DNA of 64,000 nucleotides from Haliotis cracherodii (taxonomy: Eukaryota): assembly GCF_022045235.1 (NCBI RefSeq), contig NW_027266297.1, positions 73,222,001 through 73,286,000 of the forward strand. Reading direction: 5' to 3'. The notes beneath the pieces were generated by a model that saw only the letters and a program-made list of their open reading frames with translations, did not search any database and had not been told where the DNA came from. The number at the start of each line of letters is the position of its first letter. The stretch's first letter is position 1. Of this stretch, positions 38,484-49,869 are shown piece by piece. The position numbers and the translations under genes were made by a program.

Positions 38484-40500
38484 GTAAGAAACTATGCTCA
38501 TAATATCTTGTGCGCCATTGGCGTGGAGGTAAGCAGTGGGCTTAAAGAACACTGTGCTCTACATATCTCAGACTCCAGTGGCCTGAAGGTAAACTTTTGC
38601 TTTGCAGAATAATTTGCTCCACATATCGTCAGTGGCGCCAGTGACGCGAATGTGCAATGGTCTTACAGAAGACTGCACTCTACATATATCGGGTTCCTCT
38701 GGTGTGAAGATAAGCAGTTGCCTCACAGAACGCTATTTTCTACACATCTCAGACTACAGTGATGTGAAGGTGAGGGCTGGCCTTACAGAACCCTATGCTC
38801 CACAAAAAGTCATATCGGCCTTCATTGGTTTGAAGGTACCAGTGGCCCTGCAGAACAATATGCTCTGAAATTGAGCAGTGGCCCTGCAGAATGATATTCT
38901 TACATATCTTGGGCTTCTCAGGCGTAAATGTAAGCAGTGGTCTTGCAGAAGACTATTCTCAACATGTCTCAGACTTCAGTGGCCTTCGGTGTAAAGGTAA
39001 GCAATGGCCTTATAGAACAGGATGCTCTACATGTCTGGACTAATGTGGCCTGCGGTGTGAAGGTAAGCAGTGGCCTTATAGAACAGGATGCTCTACAAGT
39101 CTGGACTAATGTGGCCTGCGGTGTGAAGGTAAGCAGTGGCCTTATAGAACAGGATGCTGTTCATGTCTGGACTTCAGTGGCCTGCGGTGTAAAGGTAAGC
39201 AGTGGCCTTATAGAACAGGATGCTGTACATGTCTGGGCTAATGTGGCCTGCGGTGTAAAGGTAAGCAGTGGCCTTATAGAACAGGATGCTGTACATGTCT
39301 GGACTAATGTGGCCTGCGGTGTGAAGGTAAGCAGTGGCCTTATAGAACAGGATGCTGTACATGTCTGGGCTAATGTGGCCTGCGGTGTAAAGGTAAGCAT
39401 TGGCCTTATAGAACAGGATGCTCTACATGTCTGGACTAATGTGGCCTGCGGTGTGAAGGTAAGCAGTGGCATTATAGAACAGGATGCTCTACATGTCTGG
39501 ACTTCAGTGGCCTGCGGTGTAAAGGTAAGCATTGGCCTTATAGAACAGGATGCTCTACATGTCTGGACTAATGTGGCCTGCGGTGTGAAGGTAAGCAGTG
39601 GCCTTATAGAACAGGATGCTGTACATGTCTGGACTTCAGTGGCCTGCGGTGTAAAGGTAAGCAGTGGCCTTATAGAACAGGATGCTCTACAAGTCTGGAC
39701 TAATGTGGCCTGCGGTGTGAAGGTAAGCAGTGGCCTTATAGAACAGGATGCTCTACAAGTCTTGACTAATGTGGCCTGCGGTGTGAAGGTAAGCAGTGGC
39801 CTTATAGAACAGGATGCTCTACAAGTCTGGACTAATGTGGCCTGCGGTGTGAAGGTAAGCAGTGGCCTTATAGAACAGGATGCTCTACATGTCTGGACTT
39901 CAGTGGCCTTCGGTGTGAAGGTAAGCAGTGGCCTTATAAAACAGGATGCTCTACATGTCTGGACTTCAGCAGCCAGCGGTGTAAAGGTAAGCAGTGGCCT
40001 TATAGAACAGGATGCTCTACATGTCTGGACTTCAGTGGCCTTCGGTGTGAAGGTAAGCAGTGGCCTTATAGAACAGGATGCTCTACATGTCTGGACTAAT
40101 GTGGCCTGCGGTGTGAAGGTAAGCAGTGGCCTGATAGAACAGGATACTCTGCATGTCTGGGCTAATGTGGCCTGCGGTGTGAAGGTAAGCAGTGGCCTTA
40201 TAGAACAGGATGCTGTACATGTCTGGGCTAATGTGGCCTGCGGTATGAAGGTAAGCAGTGGCCTTATAGAACAGGATGCTGTACATGTCTGGACTTCAGT
40301 GGCCTGCGGTGTGAAGGTAAGCAGTGGCCTTATAGAACAGGATGCTCTACATGTCTGGACTAATGTGGCCTGCGGTGTGAAGGTAAGCAGTGGCCTTATA
40401 GAACAGGATGCTGTACATGTCTGGGCTAAGGTGGCCTGCGGTGTGAAGGTAAGCAGTGGCCTTATAGAACAGGATGCTCTACATGTCTGGACTTCAGCAG
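38484..40500 (+). repeat. Intron-filling tandem array: ~7 degenerate ~60-bp units then ~23 homogeneous 66-bp units
   Basis: Unit GTAAGCAGTGGCCTTATAGAACAGGATGCTCTACATGTCTGGACTAATGTGGCCTGCGGTGTGAAG, homologous to the end of exon 38319-38483. Confidence 0.95.
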
Positions 40501-40730
40501 GGGACTCGATGGCTTATCACAATGGTCAGGCATTTTCAGCCCTTGATTGTGACCTTGATGCTGCCGATAATTCCTGTGCACAACAATGTCCAGGAGCGTG
40601 GTGGTACAAAAAATGCCAGCGTTCGAATCTAAATGGGGAATACAACAACACAGGCGTTGACAAAGAGATCACCTGGGAAACTTGGCGCGGTTTCAAATAC
40701 TCTTTGAAAACGTCAGTGATGAAAGTATGA
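40501..40730 (+). CDS. FReD gene terminal exon (possibly early pseudogene)
   Basis: cagcag|DSMAYHNGQAFSALDCDLD...CAQQCPGAWWYKKCQRSNLNGEY...WETWRGFKYSLKTSVMKV*. Confidence 0.85.
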
Positions 40731-41319
40731 CCTGTTTTGTAAATTTGCCAAGTTCATCAGCCATGTTGTCAGAATGTTTTAACGTAAAATACTTAAAAAC
40801 AAACAATAAGGAATCTGTCGATAGATACACACGGTTAGCCTGTCTCTTTTGTCATGGGTAGGCCAGTCCTGGTGATGTGATTGATATCTGTCAACGTCAC
40901 ACCCGTGCTTGAACCTGCGATAGGCTCGAAATAAAACTATTCTCAAAGCGGCGTGAAACCTCAACCTATTCGCTGACATATGCTACACGACATGTGTAAA
41001 AGTGGTTACCAATAATCCTTCAAAGTGATTGCTTCAGACATCTTTTGCTGCTCTACGAATTCATGGAGAACATTACCTCATTTCAAGTTTAGTCACCGAA
41101 AACCATTGTATGTGCGTGCGTACGTGTGTACGTGCGTCTCCCTCCTAGAAGCAATAATGGGCGGATTTCTTTCTTTTCCTTTAAGTATATCAATTTTTAT
41201 TTAAGTGTAGGATCAGCGCATATCTCTCCTGAAACATTTCTCACATTTGATGTGATGCAGTATTCCTAAGATTGGTATTTGTCAATGAAGAGGTACATGT
41301 ACACGAGGGCTGTTCAAAA

Positions 41320-42080
41320 GGTTCAACTATGGGCAATACCAACCTGAACTAGTCAATGTATTACATTATTCGAGTAGTTCATTGCGAGTGTATTATGTCT
41401 GTTGACGCTGTTTGTACATGTATATTAGTGACAGTTAAACGTGACTTTAGAGAAAAGTACTCCCTAGGATATTCATGACCGCATGTTACAAGTGTATGGG
41501 GATAAGCGCCCTAGCTATTCCATTGTTGGGCAGCTATATTTAAGTCTGGGAGAATAAGCCTTGATGATGACCCTAGGTCTGGACGTCCCTCAACTTTTCA
41601 ATCAAAGAGTTATACTGTAATATAGGTGTATTACCATTGCTGAACTTGAGGAAGACAAAAGTCTAAGCCAATGGTCCATTGAAACTATTATTGATGAACA
41701 TTTACAGATGAATTAGATATCTCGTTGTTGGGTGCCAAAGTTTCTACATTCTGATCTTAAGGAAAAAAGAACTGACATTTCAAGGGAATATTTAGAGTCA
41801 ATTGAGGAGGATTTCGTCAAATTCAAAAAGAGAACAGTAACAGATGATGACAGATGGGTCTACCACTATGATCCCGAGTCAACACGTTAATCCATGGATT
41901 GGCACTATTCACCTTCTCTGGCACCAACGAAATTTAAGTCTTGAAGATCAGTGAAGAACGTTATGACCACTGTATTCTGCGATGCAAAGAGTGTGATGAT
42001 CCTTGTTGATTACTTACTTACAAAGACGATTACTCTGTAAGTATAGATTACCTTTGCACAATTTGAAGTCCTAGGAAGAG
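41320..42080 (+). mobile_element. mariner-type transposon remnant
   Basis: TIR-like ACGAGGGCTGTTCAAAAG; DDPRSGRP, WVPKFL, VTDDDRWVYHYDPES, VMTTVFCDAK traces. Confidence 0.75.
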
Positions 42081-42473
42081 GATCAGGAATTTGATGATGT
42101 ATGTACAAATTTTGAAAGTGTTGAAATTGAGGATGAGTGTCATATTATATATATTTAAATGTGAAAAAAATCCGTTGTTGCGAAATATGCTTTTACCAAA
42201 TACTGCTTGGCGTTATATATGTAAAAAGACCTTGTAAATATTTTACAATTTAAGTAGCAACGTAATATCACAGCTTTTTTATTTAAAACATGTGTTTCAC
42301 ATTGAACATAGCAGGTATTTTGAGTTATGTCCTTGTGAGAACCTGAATGCTCGCTATTGCATTGAATTTGCAAGAAATGTCTCAAGAAAAAATCTAAATA
42401 AATGTTCATATTACATGAGCGTGAACTGTGGCCAGAGAATATAGTGTGTGTCCCAGAGCACCCACACCAAGAG

Positions 42474-42745
42474 TGAGTGAGTGAGTGAGGGAGTGAGGGA
42501 GTTGTGTTTAACGCGGCTTTGAACAGTATTCCAGTTAAAGTATGGCGTGTCAGCTTGATGATGGAGGAAAGCTCGAAGTTATGCAGGTCTCAGACGTTTA
42601 CCACTTCGGTGAAACCCACTAGCACAGGTATGGTGCTGACAAACCTAGAAACTGGGTGAAACGTGATTCGAACCCACAATCTTAGGTTTCGGGCGTGTCC
42701 AAGGGCCGCAACTCTTCACAAGATATTGCGGCGCCCTACACGACT
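42474..42745 (-). mobile_element. SINE family C
   Basis: Collinear with 43856-44142. Confidence 0.8.
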
Positions 42746-42789
42746 GACCACAATATACAGGTCATCCCGAGGTCTTCTAAATTCCCAGA

Positions 42790-42915
42790 ACTGCTACAGC
42801 TTGCACATGCACAACAGGCCGAGTGGGATAACATTCCCCAAAGCGTTATCCGTACTCTCATTTCGTCCATGGACGTACAAGGATGTTAACGCTGGTCCAA
42901 CGATATATTGTCTTC
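42790..42915 (+). mobile_element. Tc1 C-terminal fragment
   Basis: LQLAHAQQAEWDNIPQSVIRTLISSM. Confidence 0.55.
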
Positions 42916-43855
42916 TCATGACCTGACCTTTGCATTGTCTGTGTATTTTCGTCACCACTCTCGTAATATCAGATTATTTTCTCCAATACGATAACTCCCT
43001 GCCTGATGGTCTGAGGTCACCTCCGACAGGTTAGCGTTAGCGAGGCATTCAGATAAGTATACTATAAGTTATTTGTACCCAAGGGAGATAAGTCTATGAA
43101 CATACAACTTCGCTATGACAATGAATGCGACGTTTCGAATTCGATACTAACACCGTTATCCAGCAGTTGATGTACAGAAATGTGAAGCAGGAAGGTTATA
43201 TACATATGGATATGTTAAAGTACTGTCGGAAATGCTAGAAAAATTATTTTGTCTATTAAAAAAGGATATTCTTTTTAACAGTTGTTATGGAAATATTGAG
43301 TAACCTGTGGCTTGAAGTATTTCAGTCACAAGGAGTCTTATCGATAAGTTTACAGGAGACAAATTCGAACGAAAACAGGAAGTTCACATTTTTTCTAAGT
43401 CCATTGATGACAGTCTGAAACGGACTATAGAAATATGCGCACGTGACTCCGTTATAATGATAATAATGTAGTCTTCATAAAACATCTAATCCACACACAA
43501 AAATAATTTGTAGAAAGTTCTAGATGTGCATCTTCTAAAATGACAAACATTTTGTTAACATTGCTCCCATGATGCATGTTACATTACACTTGCATAGCCA
43601 TAACCAAGGTACACGATATGGAGTCTGTATTGGGAAATGTATACAAGCTCTTTACACTTTAGAGAGATAGAGGGAAACCATTTATTAATTATTCCAAGCT
43701 ATGGGGTTTTCGGTATGATAAATAAAAGAAAACAGGTATAGAGGTGGTCTCAAAAACAAAACTGGGACGTAAAAGGATATCAGACAGTTTTGATACAGGG
43801 TGATTAGGCGTGTAGTGCATACGCTTTATGAGCAGAATGTAACCCTGACTTGTAG

Positions 43856-44142
43856 TGAGTGAGTGAGTGAGTGAGTTGGGTTTAACGCCGCTTTTAACAG
43901 TATTCCAGTCATATCACGGCGTGTCAGCTTAATGTGGGAGGAAAGCCCGAAATGATGCAGGTCTCAGACGTTTACCACTTTGGTGAAACCCACGAGCACG
44001 GGTATGGTGCTGACAAACCTAGAAACATAAACGGGGAGAATCGGTATTCGAACCCACAATCATAGATTTCTGGCGTGCCCAAGGGACGCAACTCTGAACA
44101 GCGAACCGCGGCGCCACAGACGACTGAGCCACCCGTGGCCCC
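43856..44142 (-). mobile_element. SINE family C, tRNA-like head with long A-B box spacing
   Basis: Minus strand GGGGCCACGGGTGGCTCAGTCG...GTGGGTTCGAATACC; (ACTC)n tail. Confidence 0.85.
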
Positions 44143-45225
44143 CAGTTAATATAACGGACGGGAATCAGATACTGTCGCCCTATGAGTAGTCTGAAGGCGA
44201 TCATACAACAATATATGACATTGTCGACTTCAGACCATATGCAAAATTCGGCTGAATAAGAAACCAGTAAAGTGCTGGCGGCCCAACACGGTCACGTTGT
44301 CTTAAGTGGCGGAGATAAATGCTACCTCAAGGACCAATCTTTAGAACTACATATACTTCTTGATTCCAAAACCACAACCTTCCAATATTCATCCCGTTTC
44401 ATAGCTCTTAACTATCCCATCATGTTTCCATGCAATTATATGCAGTATATATCCTAAATTGCTACCCCATCAATGCATGTCAATTAAGTACAATAACAGC
44501 AATATTTTGAGACCAACCCCAACTCGTGTGACATTTGCACCTGTACGCACGGGACGGTGTGAGGTCATCACCTCGGGACAGGTGTCAGGTAATTACCCAA
44601 GGTTAAAGGCCATTTCAAACATGCGTGACACGCGAATATTTTCTAAGTTGATCATCATTTTACCCTATAAAAGTACATTGTAAGGGTAATCACAATGTCA
44701 TTTAGGACAGGCTAGATTAGGTCAATTTGCGTTATTTTGATACATGCTCTTTTTATAATCCTATAACTCGTATTTATTAAATGAAGCCAGACATTTCAGA
44801 GAGTACTTTATTACAAGGTTGAAAGATTGATGTTTACACGACAGATAAGGTTCACGTTGAAGCCTGGAGATGTACACATCAGAATAAATAGGAGTAACAA
44901 GGCATGATAGCATGAAGACATCTTACCAAAATGGGTTATCTATATGAATATACTGGTTATATTTGAAAAGAAGATTTACTTATATGTAATGTTTAGATAG
45001 AACCTTAATAAAGACATGTTGAAAGTCAAACAAATCGGTTGTTATTAATTAAGCAAGAAGTTTCTTATAACTGATCCGGAACTAGTGTCGATTTCTCTGG
45101 AAAATATTGTTACCGAAGTCGATAATTTGACAATAGATGATACCCAACGTAGATTATTACTGGTATATTATTGACGTAGATGAAAGTACCTTCAACGTAG
45201 ATTACAGTATCCTCTACATAGCTGT

Positions 45226-45988
45226 ATGGGTGATGCTGAAGCTGAAGGCTCCTCCGCCCACCACCCACGAGTCCTAGCATGTCCACTGTGTTACAACTTA
45301 TGGGTGATGCTGAAGCTGAAGGCTCCTCCGCCCACCACCCACGAGTCCTAGCATGTCCACTGTGTTACAACTTATGGGTGATGCTGAAGCTGAAGGCTCC
45401 TCAGCCCACCACCCACGAGTCCCAGCATGTCCACTGTGTTACAACTTATGGGTGATGCTGAAGCTGAAGGCTCCTCAGCCCACCACCCACGAGTCCCAGC
45501 ATGTACACTGTGTTACAACTTATGGATGATGCTGAAGCTGAAGGCTCCTCAGCCCACCACCCACGAGTCCCAGCATGTACACTGTGTTACAACTTATGGG
45601 TGATGCTGAAGCTGAAGGCTCCTCAGCCCACCACCCACGAGTCCCAGCATGTCCACTGTGTTACAACTTATGGGTGATGCTGAAGCTGAAGGCTCCTCAG
45701 CCCACCACCCACGAGTCCCAGCATGTCCACTGTGTTACAACTTATGGGTGATGCTGAAGCTGAAGGCTCCTCAGCCCACCACCCACGAGTCCCAGCATGT
45801 CCACTGTGTTACAACTTATGGGTGATGCTGAAGCTGAAGGCTCCTCAGCCCACCACCCACGAGTCCCAGCATGTCCACTGTGTTACAACTTATGGGTGAT
45901 GCTGAAGCTGAAGGCTCCTCAGCCCACCACCCACGAGTCCCAGCATGTCCACTGTGTTACAACTTATGGGTGATGCTGAAGCTGAAGG
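45226..45988. repeat. 74-bp minisatellite (10 full copies + partial)
   Basis: Unit ATGGGTGATGCTGAAGCTGAAGGCTCCTCAGCCCACCACCCACGAGTCCCAGCATGTCCACTGTGTTACAACTT. Confidence 0.97.
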
Positions 45989-47295
45989 GGGGGGAATTCT
46001 ATTAAATTAATTATATAAAACAGGCTGAGTGGTTATCTCAGTTTGATAATCAGTAAATAAGTTCAAACAATGTGTTTTGACTAAACATAATTTTGAGAGC
46101 AATGTAATCCTATTTAGATTAAATGTAACCTGTGGTAAATTTACCGATGCCATAGGTATACCGAGCTTAGTCAGTCAGTTCAGTTATGACCATCGCTCCT
46201 CCCGAAGCATATGCCGCCGACAACAGTCCGCGAGAGCTCTGCTGCCCTCTGTAGTCACCGAGCTTAGAGTGTTATAATAAATATCTGGGTATAAAATTTG
46301 CCACTTGGTAAGTGATCGTTTCTTACTATCAATACTCATTCGTTATCATTAAATAACTTGTCCACAGCAACTTATATAGAGCGTTGTAAACGCTTTGAGT
46401 ATAAAATAAATACTGACGCATCTTTACTATAAACACATCGGTGGATGTAGTCAATATATTATATAAATATCATTCGATAATGGTCTTGTTCATACTCTGA
46501 ATATAAAATTCATACTAACTTCTCTTTATCTATAGTCTGTAAACCAATATAAGTATAAAGACAATGTGATCCACCCTGATGAATAACTGTGAAATAAGTA
46601 TAGGTTATATACTGTACCATATCGTCGGTTTGCACGACCATTGCCACCTATTATCGTAAATGCATTCACTAGTCGAGAGAATATTGAACAGATTATAAAC
46701 CGACGGGATGCTATACGCGGTACTCCCTGATCCGTTGTGCCATTACTGTACACGCTTCTTGGTACCTAAACCAAATTCATAATTATTTCGCTCCATTAAT
46801 GGTTTCAGTAATGTTTTTCATTAATGGCTCCATTCAACGCATCAGGAACACTTTCAAAAAAGCATATGGACTACACATGGACGACCTTTCCAAATTTAAC
46901 ACATCAGTGACAAAAATGATGTTATGTTCGCGTGTTTTTTTCAGATGAACAAGTGGCTTGCCTTTGCATGTGTTTGTGACGGATGCCATCGGTGGGGCAG
47001 GATACGCTAACGTTTTCGCGAACACCTGGTATCATCTCTATTTGATAGTGATTCATACACGTGGTCATGACAGAGTCGGAATCATACAATCGACTCTGCT
47101 TTATGCAGAGATTTCTATTGGAGATGGAAAGGGTTTTGCCACTTTATTTCTTTTCAGAATATGTATGTGGTGAAACACATCACGAGAAGTATATAACAAG
47201 TTTAATTCTTGTTTGAAATCGAACCCGAGTGATCGTTTCGACAAACAAGCGGTTTTACCACTCGGCTACTCAACCTCCTCTGTGATATATCAGTA

Positions 47296-47520
47296 GACCC
47301 GTGAAGATCCGGCTAGAAGAGGCGACCGTGCTTGTCGTAAAAGTCTAACGGGATCGGGGGATTAGGCTCGTTGACTTGGTTGATGCATGTCATCGTATCC
47401 CAATTGCGTGGATCGATGCTCATGATGTGAATCACTGGAGTGTCTGGTCCAGACTTATTTACAGACCGCCGTCATATAGCTGGAATATTGCTGAGCGCGG
47501 CGTTACACCACAAACAAACA
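47296..47520 (+). mobile_element. SINE-like family B
   Basis: GACCCGTGAAGATCC start, shared 3' tail, ATCAGT TSD-like. Confidence 0.8.
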
Positions 47521-49869
47521 GATCAGTCAAAGCGTGACGGGGGTGTTATGTTATCAGCAGTGCACGCGGTAGTGTTGCGTCTCACTTTTGAGTTTGCAAC
47601 AAAAGCCTCCTTTACACAGGGCGATCAAAAACTGGCCAGGACGCTCAATGGTCGTTCAGCAGTAACTGCTCGAGCTGTTCAGCGTCTGCAACCACAGTGA
47701 GACACTTCAGGAAAAAGCCCTCCATTTATAGGCAGGCTGAGGAGGCACTACAGGTAGCTCAATGGAGGCAGAAAAGAGACAGAAGCATTGCCATGGTGTC
47801 TCAAGGGTTGCCGGGGTCGCTACAGTCATCGTTCAGTGCACGCTGTTGGTCGCCCAAAGGAGGCACAAGCATCGCCCAGATTAACGGAATACATTTGCAG
47901 CAGAACGCATCTTCTACCTGGCGACCATTGGATGACCACTGTGCCTTCATTCTGCAACAACGGCAATGCTTGTGCCTCCTTTGAGCAACCTTTGAGCAAC
48001 CAATATCCTTGGCGACCTTTGTGCGACTGTTTTGAACATGTTCAATAATTCACGGCGACCATAGCGTCCATCACGATGTCTGAACCTCCCGTGTACCACC
48101 TTGGAACGACCTAGGCAACCATTCTGCCTACTTTGAGCCTCCAACGACGACCTGGCAAATTTCATGGTCGCACACGGGAGGCACAAAGGTCGCCATCCTG
48201 TCTAAAGGCCCCATAAGCGACCTCCAACCCGTCATTGACAAACACTTCAACAGACGTGTACGTCAGGATTCCCCAAACGCTATTAATAGCCTGTATTAGG
48301 CAGTATGTAAATGTTATTCAATATGATATTAGGAAGTATGTAAGACATGTAGTGTGCTAAGACGTCTCTTCTACATTTGGTGAGTAATCTATTTACTTAT
48401 ATAATGTCTCATTTCTCTTCAGTCATGTCAATTGGACATCATTTGGACACATTACTGGACTGCTATAGACTGTTGGGTCGCCCTATCAGTCAGACTCGCC
48501 TTCAACACAAGCCAGACTTTATGGCTTTGCGAAACTCGTAGCGGGTTCCCAAAACAGCTCTCTACTATTTGTAGTAAGTAAGGATAAGATATATGGATGA
48601 ACAGCTTCTTTATTCAATTACATTCCCTTTGTTGTTTATATTACTGGCTTCAAACTTTGGTGTTTATTACAGGCTTCACCGGCCAATATGTTTTACCCTT
48701 GTGTGTACATAGCGGGCTTCTCCACTCCAGTGTAACTGCGTCTCAAACCTACTCGACTGTATAACACTCCCTCCTATCCTGGATATATACTTGTCAACCA
48801 TACTCTGTACTTCACTTGCTTGATAACGGTGTTAGAACATACACCGAAACATCGCTCCAAATTGTAATAAAGAAGTTAGTTGTTCATCCATATATCTTAT
48901 CCTTACTGAGTACTCCGACTTCTAAATGCCTCTCAAAGAAGCTACTATTTGCAGGTATTAAGCCAGTTGAAATGGATACAGTACTGTTGAATGTTTAATG
49001 TGGACAGTGACAGTGTCATTACGCTGTTTAGTGTAGCGTATCATGCGTTGTAGAAACGCGTTGTACTTAAAGTGAAGACTGGCTGCTTCCTTGCTTCTAA
49101 ACTAATCACCTGAATAAAATAAAGGTTCCTTTGATAAAACAATGACATGACCACGAACTAAACTGAAATAGACCGGGGGTTGTGTTGTGAGAGGCGTTCC
49201 ATGTGTCTTTCACCTCTTTCCTCATACGCCTTTTTATTGGAAGAATACAAACACAGAGTAATGCATGAGGCATGAATACATATGTATGATTTTATGCATG
49301 TAAATATAACCTCATTCATACCTGTACAATAATGTAACATTAGACGTATACCTCAACAGTGTTTACTGTCAAAGCTGGGCCTACAGGCTTCTCAGTGACG
49401 TTGGAGATGGCAATCTGTGTTTGGTAAAATCGCTTGTGTGCATAAACTGTTAAAATATGTAATGAAAACTGTAATACCTAACAATTTGAATGTTTGCATA
49501 TCTTTTAATATGTATTAGAGAAACAGCTTTTATTGGAATTCATGTTGGCGACGTTCTGTGATGCAGATAGAGCCTGGAGCATTTGCTCATCTTCCGTGTA
49601 TCTAGCACTACACACCCTCGCCCTGGCCCACACAGCTCCCTACATACTGTTAATCTGTGGCCCGTGTTCAGGAACAGAGCAGGGTAGTTTATGTCACTGA
49701 CAACTATAATAATTATGATGCAAACTTATATTGCGTTTGGTTAAATACACAAGATGCATGCCCACAGCGCTACATTATTATCCCGCTCAATGGATCAGTG
49801 TGTACCCGATTTAAATTCTCAGCTCCCTGGGGAGTATACAACCAATGCTGCCTGTGATGTGATGACGTC

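Noticed and set aside
38937-40730. 597-aa ORF as a standalone repeat protein
   Set aside because: Starts at a non-ATG codon inside an intron; only the last ~76 aa are a true FReD exon. Possible partial inclusion is treated as a finding
45226-45988. snoRNA or ribozyme array in the 74-bp repeat (TGATG...CTGA)
   Set aside because: Box C/D-like words are adjacent rather than terminal, and no hammerhead core is present
47600-48215. MITE with imperfect TIR (CCTTTACACAGGGCGATC / GGTCGCCATCCTGTCTAAAGG) and short ORFs
   Set aside because: Likely a non-autonomous element, but TIR match and TSD are too degenerate to call; ORFs have no recognisable motif
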